This document shows, piece by piece, positions 1 through 9,311 of a stretch of 53,150 bases of DNA; positions within the stretch are counted from its first letter, which is position 1; each line of letters begins with the position of its first letter. Both the position numbers and the translations under genes were made by a program. The notes under the pieces were generated by a model that was given only the letters and a program-made list of their open reading frames with translations, made no database searches and was not told the origin of the DNA. Location of the stretch: positions 1-53,150 of the forward strand of contig JBAZRX010000007.1 of NCBI GenBank assembly GCA_041662725.1, read 5' to 3'. Origin of the DNA: Minisyncoccota bacterium. GTDB lineage: Bacteria; Patescibacteriota; Minisyncoccia; Phycocordibacterales; PALSA-1337.

Positions 1-143
1 CAGTCGATTTTGTAGTGTCCCGACACAGTATACAAGAATCGCAAATCACAGAAAACCGTTATCCACAGTTACTGCTTGCAGGTTTTTATCGGTACCATAA
101 ATATCAATTAGTGCAGGATTCATTTGTTGTGATTATTAAAAAG

Positions 144-175
144 CCCTGTTCTCCGTCAGCTAACGGAGAACAGGG
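144..175 (-). terminator. Hairpin/terminator downstream of the DGR-type target gene
   Basis: 13-bp perfect stem CCCTGTTCTCCGT/ACGGAGAACAGGG with a 6-nt loop, followed by a T-run on the minus strand, 15 nt after the stop codon. Confidence 0.75.
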
Positions 176-190
176 TTAAAGACTAAATCT

Positions 191-937
191 TTAAATACCG
201 AAGCCTAGAGAGTCTTGGATTTGAGGATCAACTTGTGGAACAACGAACGCGAAACCACCATCGCCAAGCCAGCTGTCGCCAGGTCTGGCATAGCCGGCGT
301 GGAGCCAACGACCACCACCGCGTCGGTCGGAGTCGAGCAAGTTCGGAGCGCCGTCGGAATACTTGATAGGTTCGTGCATCGTAACGATGTACCACAGACC
401 CATCTGTTCCAACTGCCCATCCGTGAACGTATCGCGGATCAGGCAGGCGACCTCCCAATGAGGCTTGACCCAACCTTTCTTGTTAGCAATCGCACGAATC
501 TTCTTTGTGATACGGTCGCTGTCGCTAATCTTCTTGCCCAGATGCACCACGATGTTGTAGGTGACGCCATTGGTCGGCGCTTCGCTTGCGCGACGCAGCA
601 CTTGACGTGCATAGTCGCCGATTCGCCAACCACGACGATCGAGGTGCTGTTCCCAATGTTCGCTGGTAAAACCATTTGAGGTGAGCATGAAGTGGATGTT
701 GCCCTCATCATCGACGGTCCACTCAACGGGCGCTGGTACTGTCGGAATAACAACTCCTTCACTTCCAGTTTCGTTGACTTCGACAAGCTTAGCTTTCCCT
801 TTTCGCAGTAATGTGACTGCGCGGAAGTTTTCGCCTGCGCTCAAATAATCAATGTCCTCCGATGTGCCGTCGTTACGTTGAGCGGCAAACTCCAATTTCT
901 GTCCTGCTCCCTGGCTTAACATGAACTTGCCATTCAT
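191..937 (-). CDS. Hypothetical protein with a DGR variable-region-like (CLec-type) C-terminus
   Basis: C-terminus SDGAPNLLDSDRRGGGRWLHAGYARPGDSWLGDGGFAFVVPQ resembles CPR DGR targets; probable ATG at 937 with an AGAAAGGA SD (ORF track extends to 982). Confidence 0.6.
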   Translation of the reverse strand: MNGKFMLSQGAGQKLEFAAQRNDGTSEDIDYLSAGENFRAVTLLRKGKAKLVEVNETGSEGVVIPTVPAPVEWTVDDEGNIHFMLTSNGFTSEHWEQHLDRRGWRIGDYARQVLRRASEAPTNGVTYNIVVHLGKKISDSDRITKKIRAIANKKGWVKPHWEVACLIRDTFTDGQLEQMGLWYIVTMHEPIKYSDGAPNLLDSDRRGGGRWLHAGYARPGDSWLGDGGFAFVVPQVDPQIQDSLGFGI

Positions 938-1203
938 ATAGCATGTTCCTTTCTGGTTGTGAGCTCGCTGACTATACAGCATGCTCGGTTGTTTTTACTA
1001 GACTCTTCGCCACAACAGAGAATGACTTAGGCTGTAAGCCTCTTTCTGTTATGGCGAATCCTGTAATATCAAGGTTCTATTTCATAATAATAAAATCATG
1101 ATAGAACTTATTTGTCAAATTTTGGTTATGGTTCAATAGCTTGGAAACACCACATCGATTACGATAAAGAATATCGCATGCACATCAAATCTATATTTAT
1201 ATT

Positions 1204-1842
1204 TTACAAATGCGACTCTCTTAACGCTTTATTAATATGCTGATTCATTATTACCCTTTTATCAGAAGATCTATCAAGCAATTCCAAAGAAAAATCTGTT
1301 GATTTTAATAGACTATCAATTGATTTGTCATAACCAATATATCCAAGCATGTGCATAATCCGTAAAACCGTAATTGATTCAAGGGTTTTCAATTGTTCAT
1401 CACTGATTACCGTGGAATTAATCAAAAATTGAGCACAAACTTTCACACAATCGAATAATTCTGGATGAGCTTCTTCGCCACGAAGCAAACGCTTTAATAA
1501 AAAAGCCAAACGAGCAATTAATTCATATTGTTTCCCGGAATGATGAATTCTATTCCTTGTAATTAATGATGTCTGTAAAGAGATTCGTTCGCCCACTTCT
1601 TTAAAATCAGTAGAAAAATCAGAATTCGTTAAACGCCAAAATTCTTTTCCTCTGACTAAAGAAAAGGTTCCAAATGAATATTCTTGCATGTGATATCTCA
1701 GCTTAGATTTTTCCAAGCGAATTCCTTGAGCTGTAGCTATAACAAGACCAAAATCACGAGTAAAAATAAAGAAGATCTTACCCGCTTCGCCATAAGGCCG
1801 CGAATCTATAATAAATCCAGAGGTAGTATAAATAGCATGCAT
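1204..1842 (-). CDS. recO: DNA repair protein RecO
   Basis: N-terminal OB-fold pattern GFIIDSRPYGEAGKIFFIFTRDFGLVIATAQGIR...SKLR. Confidence 0.8.
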   Translation of the reverse strand: MHAIYTTSGFIIDSRPYGEAGKIFFIFTRDFGLVIATAQGIRLEKSKLRYHMQEYSFGTFSLVRGKEFWRLTNSDFSTDFKEVGERISLQTSLITRNRIHHSGKQYELIARLAFLLKRLLRGEEAHPELFDCVKVCAQFLINSTVISDEQLKTLESITVLRIMHMLGYIGYDKSIDSLLKSTDFSLELLDRSSDKRVIMNQHINKALRESHL

Positions 1843-1867
1843 TTCAGTTATGCTAATCGGGTAATTA

Positions 1868-4800
1868 TCAAACTTTTATTTCCATCGCTATGCCAAATTC
1901 TATTTTTCTAATTTTTGTAGCCTTTTTAATTACCTCTTCATTCTTGGAAATAATCTCCCTTAAATCTTCAGTAACTATAAGCGTCGCCATATCAGTAACC
2001 GATAAACCTTTATCTTTACGCATATCCTGAATCTTACGCAAAAGTTCACGAAGATCACCTTCTTCCTTAAGTTCTGGAGTTATTGTGGTATCAAGCTCTA
2101 TATCAGATTCAATTTCCGCACCAAATACAACATTCTTAATATTTATTTCATCCTTTATAAGATTAATTGAGTTGTTATCTAGAATATGTCTTTCTTTTAC
2201 TCTTAAAGTACTTAATGGCTGACGAACATTTATTTTTACTTTCATCCTTGCTTCAAGCCCTTTTGAAGCTATATCGCGAACAACTTTCATTTTATTCAAT
2301 AGTTCGGTATCAATTTTTCCAGCAACTGGCCATTCTTCTAAATGAACAGATTCTTTATCACCGCCAATTCGTAAATAAATATCTTCCGCCAAGAAAGGCA
2401 TAAAAGGAGCTAATAATTTAGCTACCTCATTTAAAACAAAATGAGTAGTTTGTAATGCTGAATTCTTATCAGCTTCATCTTCACCTTTAAACCTGTCTCT
2501 TGAACGACGTAGATACCAAGTAGAAAGATCATCTGTAAAATCCAAGAATGGTCTAGTTGCTCTATCCAATTCCCCTTTTTCCAAACTATCAGTGACAATA
2601 CTTACTAATTCATTCAACCTAGTAATAATCCATTTATCTAGAATATTTTCCGATTTAATTTTTACGTTTTGCGTTTTGCCTTTTGCACTATCTTCATACA
2701 TCTCATAAAAAGAAACTACATTCAAAAATCTATTCACAACTTTTTTAGTTATTTCATCAACCCCTTTTTCGCTAAAACAAAGATCTTCTCCATGTACAAC
2801 CGGTGAAGACATCAAGTAAAAACGTAGTGAATCTGCTCCATATTTATTTACAATCAACATCGGATCTGGGAAGTTTTTCTTTGACTTTGACATCTTCTCG
2901 CCATCTTCTGCTAAAACCAACCCATTAACAATAACTTTCTTAAAAGGAGATTTACCAAACAAAGCTACACCTAAAACTAACATGCTGTAGAACCAGCCAC
3001 GAGTTTGATCCAGTCCTTCAGCGATAAAATCAGCAGGATAACCATGAGACTTATGGAAAAGTCCGGAAGTAGGATCAAATTGAGATTTTCCATCTGCATC
3101 TTTTTCAAACGGATAATGCGCTTCACCGTAAGGCATTGAACCAGATTCAAACCAACAATCAAAAACATCAGGTACTCTAATAAGTTTATTTCCATTCTCA
3201 GTCTTTAATTCTAAATCATCTATATAAGGACGGTGTAAATCTAGTTCATAATCAGAATTATGAGGTAATGGGACAAAATTTAATGGTAATACTCTAGCGT
3301 TACCAATAAGTTCTTTCTCACTGCGAAGATCTAGTGCCTGTTTTTTGTTTAAACCATTGGCAACTGCAATTAAAAGAAATATTGGTGTCTCGTGAGAGAT
3401 GATAAGAATATTTTTACCTTTGTATTTATTCTCAAGATCATAAATAAAATCACCAACACGTTTTTTAATATCAGAATAAGTTTCACCACCTTCAGGACCA
3501 CGGTCAAATCTTTCCTCATGCTTAAATTCATTAATAAAATCAGAAACTTTCCTACCATTCCAAACACCTGCATCTAATTCTCTAATTCTACTATCAATAT
3601 GTATTTGCTCTTGCTTCCAATCTAATTTTTCTTTCAAGATGTTCGCAGTTTCTATTGTTCGTACAAAAGGAGAAACAAATATGAGATCAAAATGTTTATT
3701 TTTTAAAGATTCAGCTGTTTCATTGACTTGTTTTTTACCATTTACAGTTAGATGATGTGGTGCATCTGGTTCCCCACTAATAAAACCACCAACATTATTA
3801 TCCGCCTCACCATGACGTATAACGTAGTAAGTATTTTTTGCTTGACTATATTTACTTAAATCTTCAACAGAACCTATAACATGATAATTTTCTTTACCTT
3901 TATTATTGTTTACACTTTCAATTTGTTCCTTCCAAACAGGAATCGGCGCACCCCAGAATCTACTTCTTGAAATAGCCCAATCTCTAGCCCCCTCAAGCCA
4001 ATTACCGAATCTAGCACTACCAACTTCCGGTGGTACCCAAGTGACTTTATTATTTTCAGCAACCAGCTTATCTTTAATGCTTGGAACATTAACAAACCAA
4101 GAAGATGCCGCGTAATTCAAAAGAGGTGTATTACAGCGCCAACAATGAGGATATGAGTGAATCAGTTTTTCTTTATCAAATAACCTATTGTTGTGAGCCA
4201 GCCATTTGATAACTTCTATATCAGCTTTCTGATGTGCATTTTTATCTTCATCGGTATCTTTCGGTTTTACACTCATATCCGCAAAATCAATAACTTCTTT
4301 TTTGAATTTACCATCAGTAGATACATGCTGAACAAAAGGTAAACCATATTTCTTTAGCATTTCATAATCATCTGAACCAAAAGCTGGCGCAATATGAACG
4401 AGACCAGTACCATCTTCAATAGTTACGAAATCAGCACCATAAATTTTCCAACCATTTTTTAGACTTTGATCTTTTGAATAATAATCAAACAAAGGTTCAT
4501 ATTCCATTCCAATCAGTTTTGAGCCATGAATGGTTTCAATAACTTCGTATTTAATATCTTTTAATATCGTCATTGCTAAAGCAGACAATCTTTCCTTAGC
4601 AAAAATAAATTGACCTTTTTTCTGTTCATCCCCTTCTGTAATTCTTATCTTTATATAATCAATCTTCGGATTTACCGCCAATGCCACATTCCCCGGCAAA
4701 GTCCATGGTGTTGTCGTCCACGCTAAAAGATATATATTACTATCTGAATTCTGCGCGTTATTTTTGAGATTTGAGATTTTTCCGCCAGCTGATAGATTGA

Positions 4801-5518
4801 GATTGAATTTCACATACACCGAAATATCTGTTATGTCTTTATACCCTTGTGCTACTTCAAAATTAGACAGTGTTGTCTCACAATGCGGACATAAATTCAT
4901 AGACTTGAATCCTTCATATATCAAGCCCTTTTCATATAAATTCTTGAAAATCCACCAAACACTTTCTGTATAGGTTGCATCCATCGTGCGGTAATCGTTA
5001 TCCATATCAACCCACCTTCCAAGTCTAGGAATAATTTTCCTCCATTCATCGGCATAACACATAACACTCTCGCGTGCGGCTTCATTAAATTTACCTATAC
5101 CGTAGTCAATAATATCTTTCTTACTTTTCAAACCAAGTTCTTTCTCAATCAAATTTTCTACCGGTAAACCATGACAATCCCAACCCCAGCGTCTACGTAC
5201 ACTGTAACCTTGCATAGTTTTCCAACGAGGAATAACATCTTTAATTGTTCCAGCTAAAATATGTCCGAAATGTGGTGTTCCTGTTGCGAATGGCGGGCCA
5301 TCATAGAAGGTAAAGCTACCTTTCGGAGATTCCGATTTTGTTCCAATGGCATTAGAAGAATCCGCCCTTGTTCCGCCACCTGTAAACTTATTAAGAGTCT
5401 TTTCAAAAATACCTTTCTCTTTCCAAAAAGCCAAAATACGCTCCTCACGTTCTGCGTGTGAGGTTTTTTCTTGAACATCCTTGTCAGTCGTTTGATTTGA
5501 ATCGCTAATATCAGCCAT
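1868..5518 (-). CDS. ileS: Isoleucyl-tRNA synthetase (type 2) with an internal histidine-phosphatase domain
   Basis: FYDGPPFATGTPHFGH, GWDCHGLPVE, WTTTPWTLP, AEGLDQTRGWFY, KMSKS; an insert with RHG lies between GSVEDL and DLHRPYID. Confidence 0.95.
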   Translation of the reverse strand: MADISDSNQTTDKDVQEKTSHAEREERILAFWKEKGIFEKTLNKFTGGGTRADSSNAIGTKSESPKGSFTFYDGPPFATGTPHFGHILAGTIKDVIPRWKTMQGYSVRRRWGWDCHGLPVENLIEKELGLKSKKDIIDYGIGKFNEAARESVMCYADEWRKIIPRLGRWVDMDNDYRTMDATYTESVWWIFKNLYEKGLIYEGFKSMNLCPHCETTLSNFEVAQGYKDITDISVYVKFNLNLSAGGKISNLKNNAQNSDSNIYLLAWTTTPWTLPGNVALAVNPKIDYIKIRITEGDEQKKGQFIFAKERLSALAMTILKDIKYEVIETIHGSKLIGMEYEPLFDYYSKDQSLKNGWKIYGADFVTIEDGTGLVHIAPAFGSDDYEMLKKYGLPFVQHVSTDGKFKKEVIDFADMSVKPKDTDEDKNAHQKADIEVIKWLAHNNRLFDKEKLIHSYPHCWRCNTPLLNYAASSWFVNVPSIKDKLVAENNKVTWVPPEVGSARFGNWLEGARDWAISRSRFWGAPIPVWKEQIESVNNNKGKENYHVIGSVEDLSKYSQAKNTYYVIRHGEADNNVGGFISGEPDAPHHLTVNGKKQVNETAESLKNKHFDLIFVSPFVRTIETANILKEKLDWKQEQIHIDSRIRELDAGVWNGRKVSDFINEFKHEERFDRGPEGGETYSDIKKRVGDFIYDLENKYKGKNILIISHETPIFLLIAVANGLNKKQALDLRSEKELIGNARVLPLNFVPLPHNSDYELDLHRPYIDDLELKTENGNKLIRVPDVFDCWFESGSMPYGEAHYPFEKDADGKSQFDPTSGLFHKSHGYPADFIAEGLDQTRGWFYSMLVLGVALFGKSPFKKVIVNGLVLAEDGEKMSKSKKNFPDPMLIVNKYGADSLRFYLMSSPVVHGEDLCFSEKGVDEITKKVVNRFLNVVSFYEMYEDSAKGKTQNVKIKSENILDKWIITRLNELVSIVTDSLEKGELDRATRPFLDFTDDLSTWYLRRSRDRFKGEDEADKNSALQTTHFVLNEVAKLLAPFMPFLAEDIYLRIGGDKESVHLEEWPVAGKIDTELLNKMKVVRDIASKGLEARMKVKINVRQPLSTLRVKERHILDNNSINLIKDEINIKNVVFGAEIESDIELDTTITPELKEEGDLRELLRKIQDMRKDKGLSVTDMATLIVTEDLREIISKNEEVIKKATKIRKIEFGIAMEIKV

Positions 5519-5554
5519 ACTTTTAAAAGTAAGGTCATTCTATCATTTTTTTCG

Positions 5555-5580
5555 TATGAGGGTAGCCCTACCCTCCATAT
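5555..5580. repeat. Short degenerate copy of the GGAGGGTAG hairpin element, just after the argS stop
   Basis: Minus strand reads ATATGGAGGGTAG-GG-CTACCCTCATA; it shares 13 nt with the copies at 16943 and 17866. Confidence 0.7.
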
Positions 5581-5581
5581 G

Positions 5582-7330
5582 CTACATCTTTTCTGGCACC
5601 TTTATTCCCAACACCCAAAGTCCATCTGTCATCGTATCTTTAAAGACTTTCGTCAAAGCTAAATAATATGGAGAGAGCTTGTTATTTTTATCAACAATAA
5701 TCTGCGAGGCATAGAAACTGTTAAACGTCCCCGCTAATTCAATCAAATAATTCACTACAATCTGTGGTGCGTATTCATTTTTAGCACGCTCAATAATATC
5801 TGGAAAACGTATGAGAAGTTTTTCAAGAAGACCAACTTTTTCAGACATAGTTACATTTGTATTTTTAGCATCTAAGTTTTCAATTCCTTCTTCCCTAGCT
5901 TTTTCAATAATTGAGTTAGCTCTTACTACAGCATATTGTAAGTATGGACCAGAATCACCTTCAAAAGAAATAGAGGCCGCTGTATCAAAAACGATATCAC
6001 TGCCAACCGATGAACGTAAAATAGTGTATTTAATAGCTCCTACAGCTATAACATTAGAAATCTCTTCAATTTCTTCATTTGTAAAATTACGATCTTTAAT
6101 TTTCGCACTCACTAATTCTTTTATATCAGCAAGGAGTGTTTCCGCAGTAACAACATTACCAGTCCTTGAAGACATTTTGCCTGAAGCAAAACGCATCATA
6201 CCATGACCAACATGCTTAGTTTTTAAGCCATTTTTGGAATCAATAAGTGTTAAAACCTTTGTAAGCACTTTAAAATAATCATTTTGTTCACTAGCCGTTA
6301 TAATAATTGACTGATCAGTATCTGGATATTTTTTAAACTTCATAACATTCAAACCAACATCTTTAGTTTCATATGTCGGCAAACCAAGTGAACTTATAAA
6401 AACACGCGTATGCAATCCGTATTTTTCTCCTTTGAAGACAACAGCACCTTCACTCTCTTCAAAAACTCCTTTCTTCAAAAATTCTTTCACTATCTCCAAA
6501 CCGACTGGGGCTATTTCACTTTCATATATGTACTCATTAAATTTTGTTCCAAACTGTTTATAAATCAATTCGAAATGATCAATACTCCATTGTCTTCCTT
6601 TCACATACAATTCATCAACTTCAGAACTGGACTTGTTATAAATAACCATATTCAAAATATCTATTTCTTTCTTCACTACAGGATCAGAATCGTATGCGTT
6701 GGTACCCTCTACATACATTTTTCCTAAAAATTCAGTTCTGTCTTTGATCGGCGCAGAATCAGCTGGCATTTTATCCAAATGCTTTTGCAATGCCCAAATA
6801 GATTTTGCGATATGCAAACCAATATCAGATGGGTAACAAATTCTCGTAACTTGAACTCCAGAATATTCAATAAGTCGAGAAATTGACTCGCCGATAGCGT
6901 TAGACATTAAATGTCCTATATGAAAAGCCTTAAATGTATTCGGATCCGTATATTCCACGAGGACCTTTTTCGAGGCTTCGCCTCGAAAATACCTAGTAAA
7001 CTGGCCATTTTTCTTGTCTAATCCACAGGATATCCCCACGATATCCCCAGCAACTACTTGGTCTTTTATAAAGAAATTGATGAATCCAGGGCCAGCTACA
7101 TTAATATCATGTATAAAATCTGGTATACCCTTCTTAAATTCGGTAACAATCTTTTCAGCCAAATCTTTAGAAGATATGCCAAGTTTCTTTGAATTAACTA
7201 ATGCTATATTGGTTGAAAGATCGCCATGTTTAGGATCTTCTGGATAATCAAATTTAATTAACGGCTCAGCGACACCGCAATTAATTGCGACTTTCTCTAA
7301 AACTTTAGCGAGTTCATCTTTAATTATCAT
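5582..7330 (-). CDS. argS: Arginyl-tRNA synthetase
   Basis: VEYTDPNTFKAFHIGHLMSNAIGESISR, GKMSSRTG, SFEGDSGPYLQY and DALR-type C-terminus; probable start MIIKDEL (ORF track extends to 7378). Confidence 0.95.
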   Translation of the reverse strand: MIIKDELAKVLEKVAINCGVAEPLIKFDYPEDPKHGDLSTNIALVNSKKLGISSKDLAEKIVTEFKKGIPDFIHDINVAGPGFINFFIKDQVVAGDIVGISCGLDKKNGQFTRYFRGEASKKVLVEYTDPNTFKAFHIGHLMSNAIGESISRLIEYSGVQVTRICYPSDIGLHIAKSIWALQKHLDKMPADSAPIKDRTEFLGKMYVEGTNAYDSDPVVKKEIDILNMVIYNKSSSEVDELYVKGRQWSIDHFELIYKQFGTKFNEYIYESEIAPVGLEIVKEFLKKGVFEESEGAVVFKGEKYGLHTRVFISSLGLPTYETKDVGLNVMKFKKYPDTDQSIIITASEQNDYFKVLTKVLTLIDSKNGLKTKHVGHGMMRFASGKMSSRTGNVVTAETLLADIKELVSAKIKDRNFTNEEIEEISNVIAVGAIKYTILRSSVGSDIVFDTAASISFEGDSGPYLQYAVVRANSIIEKAREEGIENLDAKNTNVTMSEKVGLLEKLLIRFPDIIERAKNEYAPQIVVNYLIELAGTFNSFYASQIIVDKNNKLSPYYLALTKVFKDTMTDGLWVLGIKVPEKM

Positions 7331-7468
7331 AATAAGTAACAATATTGTAGCAGATAAATCACATCCATTCATTAACACTTTCCTTAGATAACAAGATCAT
7401 TTAAAACACAAATTGGATATTATGCCACAAATTTTCCCATTTAGTCATAAAAACTATTTTAAAAAAAT

Positions 7469-7628
7469 GCCGGCTGACACCCCTGGAAGAAGACGAAAGG
7501 GGATTTGCTGGTCAGCCGGCGGAGAGAAGATCTAAAGATCAAAACAAAATCCTTTTTGTTTAAAGAAAAAATCTCTAAAAAGACCGGCTGACATTTATAA
7601 GAATATAACTATTCATGTCAGCCGGTCT
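7469..7628. repeat. Pair of related GC-rich stem-loops
   Basis: GCCGGCTGAC..GTCAGCCGGC (7469-7520) and a 14-bp perfect stem AGACCGGCTGACAT..ATGTCAGCCGGTCT (7581-7628). Confidence 0.75.
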
Positions 7629-7686
7629 GGCCAAAGGATGCCTAAGTATCTTGCTCCCCAAAGGAGCTAAAAAGACATTTAGACGC

Positions 7687-7743
7687 TTAAATATCACCGC
7701 CTTCAAAAGAAGGCGCAAAAGTAAAAGTGGAATTTTTCATCAT
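7687..7743 (-). CDS. Possible 18-aa small ORF/leader peptide MMKNSTFTFAPSFEGGDI
   Basis: Strong GGGAGGT SD about 8 nt upstream of ATG; manually translated. Confidence 0.3.
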   Translation of the reverse strand: MMKNSTFTFAPSFEGGDI

Positions 7744-7802
7744 ATATAGATACCTCCCTTTTACTGAAATAACTCAGCGAACTATCCGCGTCCATTCTTT
7801 CA

Positions 7803-9035
7803 TTAACGTAATATTTTGTCAATCTTAACCGCAATTGCTTTAAAATCCTTCTCTTTTCTACCTCTGGTAGTCTCAGCAGCTGTACCTAATCTTATACCGG
7901 AAGGATCTGCTGGTGGTCGTGTATCAAAAGGAATTGCGTTCTTATTTACAATAATCCCCTGCTTTTCCAGCCTATCACTTGCTTCTTTTCCAGAGATAGC
8001 ACCTGCACCCTCGGCATTTTTCACTCCCCCATTCCATGTATCTATAAGAATCAAGTGGGTATCTGTACCACCGGAAATTATACGCCAACCACGTTTTTTT
8101 AATTCATCTGATAAAACTTTTGCATTTTTTATTATTTGCAAAGCATGTTTTTTGAATGCAGGAGTTGCCGCTTCTTTCAAAGCTACTGCTACTCCAGCAA
8201 TTTGATTGATGTGTGGACCACCTTGTAAACCAGGAAAAACTGCCTTATCTATTTTTTTATCAAGTTCACGAGCGTCTTTTTTAACAAAAATTAAAGCCGC
8301 GCGAGGACCACGAAGAGTTTTATGGGTAGTAGTAGTTACTATATCAGCAAATTTGAATGGTGAAGGATATACACCACCAGCCACAAGCCCTGCAATATGA
8401 GACATATCTACCATCATCAATGATTTAACCGTTTTATCTACTCCAGCAGATTGAACAATTGAAGGTGGGATAGAATCAACAACTTCTCTTATTTTCTTCC
8501 AATCAACAATACGTGGATAAGCTGTAAAGCCAGACACAACCACTAAAGGTTTTTCTTTGATAGCAATTTCACGTAATTGATCATAATTCAAAACTTCAGT
8601 AGTTGAATCAAGTCCATAAGGCACCTGCACCCAGAATTTTCCTGTAGCAGAAACTTTATGACCATGTGTCAAATGTCCACCATGTGCCAAAGACATACCC
8701 ATAATCTTTCCTCCTTGAGGAACACAAGCTAAATAAACTGCTAAGTTAGCTGGAGAACCCGAAAGCGGTTGTACGTTAACATGCCACTCATTTGGATTAA
8801 GACCAAAAAGTTTAAGTGCTCTTTCCTTGCAAAGATCCTCAATCTTATCTACATTTTCATTACCACCATAATAACGAAGCTTGGAATACCCCTCAGCATA
8901 TTTATTTGTAAGTTCCGAACCAAGAGCCAAGAGTACATCTTTCGAAACGTAATTTTCCGACGCGATTAGGTTGATAACTTTTTTCTGACGCTTTTTCTCT
9001 GCCTCTATTAGTTTTTTTATTTGTGTGTCTTTCAT
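7803..9035 (-). CDS. glyA: Serine hydroxymethyltransferase
   Basis: LIASEN, NKYAEGY..RYYGG, VQPLSGS, HGGHLTHG, TTTTHKTLRGPR, FPGLQGGP. Confidence 0.97.
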   Translation of the reverse strand: MKDTQIKKLIEAEKKRQKKVINLIASENYVSKDVLLALGSELTNKYAEGYSKLRYYGGNENVDKIEDLCKERALKLFGLNPNEWHVNVQPLSGSPANLAVYLACVPQGGKIMGMSLAHGGHLTHGHKVSATGKFWVQVPYGLDSTTEVLNYDQLREIAIKEKPLVVVSGFTAYPRIVDWKKIREVVDSIPPSIVQSAGVDKTVKSLMMVDMSHIAGLVAGGVYPSPFKFADIVTTTTHKTLRGPRAALIFVKKDARELDKKIDKAVFPGLQGGPHINQIAGVAVALKEAATPAFKKHALQIIKNAKVLSDELKKRGWRIISGGTDTHLILIDTWNGGVKNAEGAGAISGKEASDRLEKQGIIVNKNAIPFDTRPPADPSGIRLGTAAETTRGRKEKDFKAIAVKIDKILR

Positions 9036-9213
9036 ACCGAAATCGTATCACTTTTATGTATAAACAAAAAGGGGTGTGCGATATTATTCGCACACCCCAA
9101 TACCAAGCAGAGAAGAGGAAACTGCTTCATGAAATAGCAAATTAAGGAACAAATATCTACACAACAAGATTAGCTTTTATTGATAAAAAAGTCAATCTAC
9201 AATTTATCCACAG

Positions 9214-9260
9214 TTTAGAGGCATCGCCTCGAGGCGAAGCCTCGAGGCGATGCCTCTAAA
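9214..9260. repeat. Perfect 22-bp inverted repeat with a GAA loop
   Basis: TTTAGAGGCATCGCCTCGAGGC-GAA-GCCTCGAGGCGATGCCTCTAAA between divergent glyA and thyA. Confidence 0.9.
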
Positions 9261-9311
9261 ACATGATATAATCGCCGTATAATTATTAAAATTATTTTTA
9301 ATACAACCAAC

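Noticed and set aside
59-67. oriC suggested by TTATCCACA
   Set aside because: Isolated single boxes with no cluster, unwinding element or dnaA/dnaN nearby
3245-3855. Intein in ileS
   Set aside because: No Cys/Ser start or His-Asn end; the motifs are those of a histidine phosphatase
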